A DNA stretch of 63,001 nucleotides, filler included, from Choristocarpus tenellus KU-1152 (taxonomy: Eukaryota; Protista; Phaeophyceae): NCBI GenBank assembly GCA_964200185.2. It is 12 parts of 12 records of this genome, joined end to end, with 100 filler letters (N's around TTAATTAATTAA, not from the genome) between each part and the next. Parts side by side here need not be neighbours in the genome. Positions count along the whole stretch, not along the records: positions 41,341 to 57,230 come from CAXNAD020000914.1; positions 57,331 to 60,150 come from CAXNAD020024480.1; positions 60,251 to 63,001 come from CAXNAD020025054.1; 9 more parts are not named here. The stretch is one strand, 5' to 3'. The notes under the pieces were generated by a model that saw nothing but the letters and a program-made list of their open reading frames with translations, did not search any database and was not told the origin of the DNA. The position numbers and the translations under genes are program-made. Numbering within the stretch: position 1 is the first letter of the stretch; each line of letters opens with the position of its first letter. Positions 54,050 through 63,001 of the stretch are shown here, piece by piece.

Positions 54050-55010
54050 ATCCACCTTTAGCTATGTGCCGAGCAGGAAGACTAGGAGCTGCACACTACC
54101 TGGGACTAGCATCCTGTTCCATCTTCAGGTCACAATATTCCTAGTTGTTGAGAGCTGCGCTCCAAGTCTTCTTTTACTTTTGTTGGACAATGCATAGATG
54201 TCGTGAGCAGGAGCAATGGAGCAGGAATGCTCATAATATGGCGGGCAAGTTTGGCCATGCCAGGAAGTTTGAGTTCCTTTCTCGCCCCCACTTGAGTGTC
54301 TCATTGTAAGCTCCACTGCAAAGATCAGTGATTGTGAGCCCCACTACAGACTTGATGAAAACCTTAACCTTCACGTGTGCTTTCATCTTCCATGTCATCC
54401 CTGACCATGCGTTCTGCCACCTGGAAATCACCAGCTGATCTCCACCTGCACATTGCAAGTAAAGTTCTTATGAGCCCCTTGAGCTTTTTACGGGAAAATT
54501 GCCCCCTCCTAAAATGGGAAGGGCATTAGCATGGGTTAGGCTCTAGCATGAGATCAGTCTCTGTCTCCTGTGCTCTGCTCTCCTCCTCCAGGATTCCTAT
54601 GACTTTCAACTCCACCTGCATCCAAATTTCGTTATTCGTTGTCAGGAATACATGAACGAGTTTTGTGTTGGGGTCTAGACAAGTAGCCAGGAATTGTCTG
54701 TGTCCACATAAACCCTCTGGGCTTACCGGGAAATATATCTTCTGTATCACACAAGTTCTCAAAATCAGTCAACATCGTGTGAGCACACTTGCATACAGCA
54801 ATTTTTGCTTCCACCTGTTGAGGGGTGGTGGCTTCAACAGCACTGCAGGTTCATGCTGTGTCCTCAAGGACTGGTCGTATATCACAAATAATGGGGGTGA
54901 TTAGAGACACTGTCACATACATAAGTGTTGATCTTGAGCATGTTCTGTGCTTCCATGATAGGCTTAACATGACAATGTTTCCCAGACCCCAGAATCCGAG
55001 TGTAGGAAAA
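54050..55010 (-). pseudogene. hAT-family transposase relic
   Basis: YVCDSVSN (TDNASN-like), CKCAHTM (CxxH), FLATCLDPNTK, SRWQNAW (TRWNS-like), C-terminal dimerisation-like LSTTRNIVT*RWNRMLVPGSVQLLVFL. Confidence 0.7.
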
Positions 55011-55489
55011 CAGCAAGTGAAAAAGAGAGGAGACTAGAGATTGGGAAGAACTTAAAAAAAAGAGGCTTATAATAGAGATGGAACCAAAAACGAGATATGT
55101 AGTTAGCAACCTTGACACAGCTTTAATTAGACGAAAAGGAAGATGGTGTGTGTATCAGGGGGTCAATAAAATATCAAAAGTATTATGTTCTACACTTCTC
55201 CAAGGTCCAATAGGTAACTTCGTTACTTCACTCCTCCTACAACCACTTCCACTCTCTGATTTTTGTTCACATACCATCCATGTACCTCACACTCAAATGT
55301 TGTCAAAACTTGCTGGGCGACGATCAATGTTATCGAGAAGAATGATGGCACACTTTAGGTACAAGAAGTGCTTCACCGTGCAATATGTGGACCATTAATT
55401 ACTAGGTACATTCTGGATTATTTGTCTAGGCTCAATCCTAAACAAGTGCATGTTATGATGAGTGGGCCATAATACCCAGAGGAGTGTCC

Positions 55490-56700
55490 TCATGGCTCAG
55501 TAGTTAAGGCATCGGCTACCTGCATTGATTTAGCGGGTTGATATCCCTTTGAAGCCAGACTTCTTTTCACGGAAATCTGGGTCGATGATGCTATTCTACA
55601 TGGCGACCTCAACAGATTGTACACCCGTACTACCCTGTCTGTGGCTGTACAACAACAACACTGGACCAGTATGAAGGTGGAAACTTTAGGGTGGGTTCTG
55701 CACCCAGCAGAAGATTGAAGGGAGGAGATAGAGCAACAAGCAGGTGGGGGGTCCTGACCCCAGCACATTAGAAGCAAGGGAGGAGTAGAGCCAATAGAAT
55801 TTGTCACAGTACAACAGTTTATCGGTACTTCGTTTTGGTATGAGAAGAAGTACGGTGTGTAGTGCCTCTAACAATGGGTTGGGATAATCCCCAGCCTATT
55901 GTGATGCAATAATAATAATGATGATAATAGAAAGGGGGGGTGCTATTGAGTGTAAGGGACCTTCCAGTACATGTGCTCCTAGCACCTTGTAGGGCAATTT
56001 TGCATTTGCATGGATGAATACCCATCTCCTCTTCTACAGTCACAGCCTCCTGGTGGGGGTTAACTGTACTCAAGCACGGAATGCAGATGTCAAGTGGAAG
56101 GTTTCATGAGTCCCATGTACTCAAAAGGGGCGAACTAAATCGACCCCTCTAATAAACTATCGCTCTGGCTGGACTTGGAATAGGACCCTGCAGCTGCCTT
56201 GGTTGGTTTAAAGGAATCCTTTGCCCCTGGCCCATCAGCAGTGACACATTCCAAATATGTGGATGTGGGTCATGATGTGGTGTTCCAGTTCCAAGTAACC
56301 CATCTCCCCCATTGATGGCTCACAGTTCCACCCTTCCAGTGAGTCCCTGCTTCTTCTCCCTATTCTACTAGGTTTTGAGTGAGATCCTATCCCATTGTTC
56401 TGCCCGATTGTCTGATGTAGTCTAAGGAGAGAGAAAGAGAGAGAGAGAGCTAATCTCAAATGCGTCATCAATACAGGACATAGTGGGAGAATGCATGGTT
56501 TGACCTGACGGACCTGTCCAACCGTCTGTAGTGATGGGCACATCTTCATGACCAAGCATTTCTGAGGGCTTGAACCGTAGATCTTCTTCTTGTAATGTTC
56601 AAGCTTAATGCCATACACAAGATTTGCTTACGAACAACAAGCCCACAACTGATACAGTGGAGGCCCAAAAATGTAACCACTAACAGGGAGGGGTCTTTAG
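55490..56700 (-). mobile_element. Non-LTR retrotransposon relic with RNase H-like segment
   Basis: LEALHTVL...LLYCDKF..LYSSL and QVADALT resemble LINE RNase H motifs. Confidence 0.35.
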
Positions 56701-57330
56701 ACTCTTGCAGTTTTAGATTTGCCTGTCTGTGATGCCTTCATTAGACCAAAGTTACGCACAGACCACACAGCTACAAATGTGCACTTAGCTCGATCATTAA
56801 CTTTTACACAGGCATGAACAGACCACCCCGCAACACAGCGCACACCTTCTATCCAGGCATCCATCATGAACCCTTCCTCCTGACTGGTTGAGCTTCTCGT
56901 CTCCTTTTCCCCTCAGGCATAGACCAAACAGTTCCTCGCTTTAATTTTCCTCCTGGCACTGTTCCAGCATTGTGGCTGCAAAGTGGCGATGTTCTCCTCC
57001 TCCTTTTCCCCCCAAGCACAACCCCCATGGGTTTACAAGGCACCCCCCTCCCCACTGTTCCTTTCCTCCTGAGGTTGCCGGAGTGGGTTCTATTTTAACA
57101 GGTGGAGTGGAGCTTCCCCTCCTCTTTCCCCCGCAGCACAGCTCCCAACTGTTACCCAATCACAGTATTGCACCCTGCAATACCCCATCCTGGTCATAGG
57201 AAGTTGGCAGTACCCCCAACAAACAGGGCTNNNNNNNNNNNNNNNNNNNNNNNNNNNNNNNNNNNNNNNNNNNNTTAATTAATTAANNNNNNNNNNNNNN
57301 NNNNNNNNNNNNNNNNNNNNNNNNNNNNNN

Positions 57331-57389
57331 TTGGCCGAAACGGATGTTCCCTCACAAACCCACCCCCACCCCCCCTGATACTTTGACCC
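57331..57389. mobile_element. Family A terminus after a gap
   Basis: CCGAAACGGA..CTCACAAACC(C)nTGATACTTTGACCC, closely similar to 10047-10098. Confidence 0.8.
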
Positions 57390-58237
57390 TCATCCTCATG
57401 ACTCAATGGTTGATGGAGATCATTCACTTCGTAGAATCTTTGTTATCGGAAATCCAATTATGTCAGACGTCTGTTTAAGGAACTCTGGTTTTCAATTATG
57501 CAACTTCCATGTGGAAAAATTTATAGATTGCGAACCTAGACCTGTATTATCCTCCTACTGCATCCATCAATAGACACCCAGAAAATGTTGACGAAGAACG
57601 AAGTGAAAAGGTTCTATTTGCCAAGTGATACCAAAGCGGGTACAATATTCCAGCAAGGTAGCTGAGTGAACAGCAATGGGATTGCTGAAACCAAGTGAGA
57701 AGCAAGGACTCTCTTCTTAATCTCAGTTTTTTTATGACAGTATTTCACTTGACTGAAACCAACATACGAAAATGCATGTGCTTATGTGAGGGTGAGGTGG
57801 GCGTTTCCTTCCTTGTAGTCGGTATAGAGTACCAGGTTGCATGGGCAACAGAGTTTCTGAACTCATTTTAGAATGATTTTTCAAAGTTTGGAGCATGGCG
57901 TCTTAGGGTACTATCATGGGTAAAGTGGTACCAATAGCTTAGCGTCCTGGGGCAATCTTGATTTGTTCACTGCAATGCCAAAAGAATTATAGAACAATAT
58001 ATATATATATATATATCAAATGAAACCTTTTGACAAGCGATTTTGAATATTTGTATGCACAAATGTACAAACGCTGGTGAACGGGGAGCTATGCCTTGAC
58101 CAAATAATGACCACCGCGCGGACGAACACTTCTGATGCAATATTGACGGCTAGAACTTCAAAAGGTACAAAAATGAAGTGTTTGGCTGAACTCCCCGCAA
58201 AACATTGATGTGGGTTAGGTCGTTGACCAAGTATGGC

Positions 58238-58280
58238 GTGTGTGGCAATACCGAAAAAGTGTGTGGCAATACCGAAAAAG
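58238..58280. repeat. Perfect 21-bp tandem duplication
   Basis: GTGTGTGGCAATACCGAAAAA x2. Confidence 0.9.
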
Positions 58281-58652
58281 AGCAAGATTTGCGAACATCT
58301 TTTTAGCGCTATTTGCAGACAGGTTGTGTGCGCACACATGGGTGACCCACACAGCAATATGAACCACGGCGGTGACACTATGAGAGCCGCTAAGGCCACT
58401 CTGTCCCCTGGATCTAACCTCGGCACCTTCTCTGTCGAGAGGTGTCAAAACAACAAGTACCGTGTGACACTCAGCGCGATGTTAGGTAACGAGAAAGTGC
58501 GTGTACTGTGGCGCAGCAGCATGATCAAATCACGCAATGGACCACGCGGCCGCGACACTGATGCTGAGAGAAGACGCATGGAAAGCATTACCACACAAAC
58601 GTGGTTGGATTTTCAACCGCTGCAGAGCACTGCTCTGCAGTCTCTGCCGCCT

Positions 58653-58914
58653 GAGTGAAAGTATCTTAGAGGGTACGAGTTTTTCCCAGTTTGTCCATTT
58701 GGGGTTTGGCTTCCACAGGATTTTAATGACATATTACCTGTTCCAAAATGTTTCGAAGGAGGTAAAATGTATACGTTATGAAAAGTTGTGTCCAGAACAA
58801 GGATATTGATATCTCCTAGCAAATATGATCGCCAAAATTACATCAAAATTGCAACATTTGATTTCGGGCCCAAAACGGACGCAACTCTACCCTCTTCTTA
58901 AGATACTTTGACTC
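58653..58914 (-). mobile_element. Full-length Sola2-like MITE family B (262 bp) with 4-bp TSD GCCT
   Basis: GCCT|GAGTGAAAGTATCTTAGAGGGTA ... TACCCTCTTCTTAAGATACTTTGACTC|GCCT. Confidence 0.92.
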
Positions 58915-60414
58915 GCCTCGGGAAAGCAGGAAGAGAGTGGCGAGTCCATCACCAGGTGGTACAGTGACGAAGTCTGTGGGGAAATCTGGTCACGGCGGGC
59001 AAAGGGAGAACCAGGGTGGTCGGCAGAAGGGAAGGTTGGGGAAGAGAGTAGTGTGACTTGCGTGTCAGTGCGCTCGGGGAACGCCTAACCGAAAACCCGT
59101 ATGTAGAATATCTTGGTTGTCGACAAATACCGGAGGCCCTGGCTGTTTGGAAATTATGCGAGCCAGAGTGGCTTAAGGAAACGAGAAGGAAGGTGTGAGG
59201 GTTGGTGTACAAGGGCTCTGAAGGCCGAAAGAAGGTCGAAAGGGCTCTCAAGATGGAGGAGAAAGCGATCGTAACAAAGGCAGTTGAGGAGGCTTTTGCT
59301 ACCACCAAATCCTTTACTTCGAAGAGGTCACGAAGGAAGTGGAGGTAATCATCGATGAAGACACCATGGAAGAGGATGAGGTGAAATTGAACCATTTGCA
59401 CACGGCTCGTGAAGAAGTACTGCAAGAAGGCGTACACGTACCATCTTGTCTAGTTCGAGACGGCTGCGACTGGACTGGAAGCTGATAAGGAGTTACAAGA
59501 AGTAGGAGTCTCATAGGCGCTCGTCACCTTCGAAATTCGTGGTGGCAGATAGAGATAAGAGTTAAAATTACATTTAACATTCATTCCCTGGGTCGTTCGT
59601 TTGGCTGGCGTTTTTTCCCGCCCAACCAAGTTGCTGTTGTTTTCTTCGAACTGCCGTCTTCAGCATTTGCATCATATGTCGAGAGGAGGTTTTGGCCTGC
59701 CAGGAAAACAAATCAAACTTATTCATCTCACCACCCGCTTGTACCGTGGATGCACCCTGTGCTCCTCATTGCAGCTTGTCAAAAGACGGTTCTGTCTTTC
59801 GTTCGACGTCCCACACACTTTGTAGTCACAGGTAGCAAAGCTTTACGGTTACAATAGTAAAATCTACTTAAACCAAGTAATAGTCCACTAAAAGATTCTC
59901 AACCTCACTTAGGGATAGAGTTATATCGTTGATAAGGTGATATCACCAGCAGCTTCGCCCTCTGTGGCTTTTCAGCTTTTTTTCACGCGTAGCCCCAACA
60001 AATATGCAATATCAAATGAAAGGGTATGACAAGACCTTTTGAAGGTTATATCCACGAATACATAGGGTTACTAATCCATGTTGAAGGAGGAGGGGATGGG
60101 GTTGTGGAGGTGATGGAGGAAGGCGACGACGGCATACGAGACAGGCAAGGNNNNNNNNNNNNNNNNNNNNNNNNNNNNNNNNNNNNNNNNNNNNTTAATT
60201 AATTAANNNNNNNNNNNNNNNNNNNNNNNNNNNNNNNNNNNNNNNNNNNNTTTTCTTTTCTTAAAAAAAAAAAATTAAAACCAACTTTCCCCCTACTCAC
60301 CTTTTCCCTCTCCCCCCCCCCCCCCCCCCCCCCCCCCACCAAAAAAATATATTAGTAAGACTTGAAACTATAAAAATCCTACTGTAGACAGACACATCGG
60401 GACCCAATTGACTC

Positions 60415-62513
60415 ATGGCGGCGGCACTATTATCTTTAACTGGGGTAAACCCTATACCCCGCCTGAAGCTGGCCTACCCTTCCCAAGGGTATGGAATACA
60501 GTGTAATTAATGGTAGGGAGTTGTATGACATTACAAGGTACATTTATTATACCTTTTTTGGTGTAGCGATTGGCAGTGTGCATGAAATTTCCGAGCCTCT
60601 CTCCTGCTCAATCTATCTCTCAATCAGTCGATTAAATAATCAGTTGATCAATCGATTGATTGATTGCTAATTATTATTATTTTGATTATTTTGCGCTACT
60701 TCGCCTTGCTCTTTTCTTCTTCTTCTTCTTCTTCTTCTTCTTATTATTATTATTATTATTTTGATTATTTTGCGCTACTTCGCCTTGCTCTTTTCTTCTT
60801 CTTCTTCTTCTTATTATTATTATTATTATTCTTTTTTCTTTTTTTTTCTCTTTTGGGTTACTTTTAATGCAGTGTAATATAATAAAATAGTTGTCAGTTC
60901 CGACACGCAAGTCCACTAAACCCCCTATTGAGATACTGTTGTATCTTCTCTCTTCACTGAATTTTTTTCTTTATATATAATATAATAAATATAAGATATA
61001 TGATATATATATATATATATCTTCCCTTGTGTATTGCTGGTTAGGGACTACCTGGGGTTAGACTGGGATTCTCATGGGCAATGGGACAAGCCCTTCTTCT
61101 TCATCCAGGCAGCAGACCCTCAGTTTGGCATGGTCAAGGCCAATGGTCCTACTGGTGGGGAGGTCTGGGAGGTGAGGTCCCTTTTCTGTGTCTGTGTCTG
61201 TGTCTGTCTGTGTGTGTGTGTGTGTGTTTGCTTTTGTTTTTGAAGTGGATGGGAGACATTCTCTTTTCTTGTAAATGTCAGCATTTTCAGAGGTAGCCCT
61301 CTGACCAATGAGAATCTTTCCCGATTTTGAGTCATCGTGGAAATCAACCAATGAAATCAACCAATGAAATCAACAGCCCATGGAGCGGTATAATGTTATG
61401 ACATTTACCTTGAGTGTTACAAGCATTTTCATAGATACATGTATATACATAAGGTGCCAATGGGTTTTTTATTAGTCACACTCTACTGCCAACTAAACTG
61501 AAAGCCTATTAAGAACACTAAAGGGGGATGATCTACTCTTTTGTTTCTTCTTGAGTGTGTTATTATTATTATTACTATTATTATTATTTTTAATGTTATT
61601 TGTTAATATTACTATTGTTATTATTATTTTTTTATTTCACAAGTTCGAGGGTTAGGGTGTATGATATTTGTGCTGTTGTGGACCTGTGCTCTCAGGGCAT
61701 ATGTGTTGATGTATGTTTTTTCCAAATATAAAGTTTTTAAAAAAAGTGTCTATTTTTTAATGCGAGAATGCTTCAAAATGAGACTGTCCCTTCTAGTTTT
61801 ATTGTTCTTAACGATTTATAAAAATAGCAAGTTGTTTGTGTGTTGCCTGTGTGTTGTTTGGGTGTTGTTTGGTGTATTCCATCATTCTGAAACTCCTGTC
61901 TGACAATGTCACAGTAAAGAACATTCTTGTCTCAAAACAGGTACACGACCCACTCACCTCTGTTGCTTATTGGCCTTTTATCTCTTTTTATCTCTTTTTT
62001 CTCTTTTTATCTCTTTTTATCTATTTGATCTATTTTTAACTCATTTTATCTATTTTTATCTATTTTTAACTATTGTCTGCTCTTGAACCTTTCTCTTTTC
62101 TCTTTGACTCCTTCCTTCGCCTTTGTCCGGGAGCTTCATCCCCTCAATTTTTTTTAAGGAAGCCTAGTTCTGTTCCTCCTCCTCCTCCTCCTCCTCCTCC
62201 CCCTTTCGAAGGCCTCCTTTGTGTTGATCTTTGAATGATTGTACACACAACACAACATAACACAACACACAACACACAGACACACTCATAAAAAGAAAAA
62301 AAAAATCCACATCTAACATGCCTCCTTATCACACCGTGCTATGAACGAACGCCTTCGTGGGGTTATGCACTCCTTTCCCACCCATCTTTCCAGACCGAAG
62401 TGGAGAGGTTGACAAAATTGGTATCTATTGTCAATCGCCTACGCCCTCGGTTCTTGGTGGTCTCTGGAGATATGACACACGCCCTGCCTGGGGAAGAGTT
62501 CTATGAAAAACAG
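60415..62513 (+). CDS. CPPED1: CPPED1-like calcineurin-like metallophosphoesterase, 5' part. Exons 60415-60488, 61045-61171, 62394-62513; 3' exons not identified in the window
   Basis: WDKPFFFIQAADPQFGM and VNRLRPRFLVVSGDMTHALPG; exon phases are compatible (phase 2, then phase 0). Confidence 0.85.
60668..60850. repeat. Compound (TTA)n/(TTC)n microsatellite with a duplicated ~70-bp unit, in CPPED1 intron 1
   Basis: TTTTGATTATTTTGCGCTACTTCGCCTTGCTCTTTTC(TTC)n occurs twice. Confidence 0.9.
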
Positions 62514-63001
62514 GTTAGGAAAGCGTTCAAATTTGCATGTGTGTGTCTGGGTGTTGTGTCTGTGTTGTGTTTGTGTTGTGTCTGTGTTGTGTACGTGTGT
62601 TATGTACGTGTGTTTTTTAAGTTTTTTTACCACCCTAACAGGATCTTAGTAATGTGAAGGGTTAGTGCAGGTAATTGTTTCCTTATTACCAATAGAGATT
62701 TTTTTATTGCCTGTTTTTTCCCTCCAAGATTCAGATAATAATAATAATAATAAATAATTTCTACTACTATGTAGTGCTCTGAAGTAGTTGAGTAGATTGG
62801 AATAATAATAATAATAATAACAATAATAGTACTACTAATAATAAGTTTTCTCATAAAGCGTTTTTTTTAAAATGGTGTACATGATGTGTGGATGTTGCCA
62901 GGTGTTGAAGAGAGGTTTGCAACTTTTTATTATCAAAGATTAGAATTTTGGAGTGCAGTGGTAATTTTCTGTCACCAACCTCCCCTACCTCCCCCCCCCC
63001 C

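Noticed and set aside
4606-60250. Recurring TTAATTAATTAA palindrome
   Set aside because: Always centred in N runs; an assembly spacer, not biology
60664-62854. Short ORFs within CPPED1 introns
   Set aside because: Translations of microsatellite and low-complexity DNA

Overview
Eukaryotic, intron-rich, transposon-dense scaffold segment, probably from a photosynthetic stramenopile (inferred from a plastid-type SQD2 with a signal-peptide-like N-terminus). It is stitched from contigs by N-TTAATTAATTAA-N spacers, so adjacency across gaps is unproven. Host genes: a complete 6-exon sulfolipid synthase (SQD2, minus, 45499-47898), the 5' exons of a CPPED1-like metallophosphoesterase (plus, 60415-62513) and a partial multi-exon coiled-coil gene (minus, ~5396-9580). 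The main feature is a Sola2-like DNA transposon system. It comprises a decayed, intron-containing DDD transposase (minus, ~19125-24406) inside a putative ~12 kb element with several accessory ORFs (an unknown-domain ORF with a second copy elsewhere in the window, an F-box-like ORF and Tudor/chromo-barrel-like relics). At least three non-autonomous families share the terminal motif G(A/G)NN(C/G/T)AAAGTA with 3-4 bp target duplications. Also present: a full-length decayed DD39D-type mariner with TIRs and TA flanks, and relics of hAT, DIRS/Ngaro-like, Penelope-like and LINE elements. All homology calls come from manual motif reading, not database searches.
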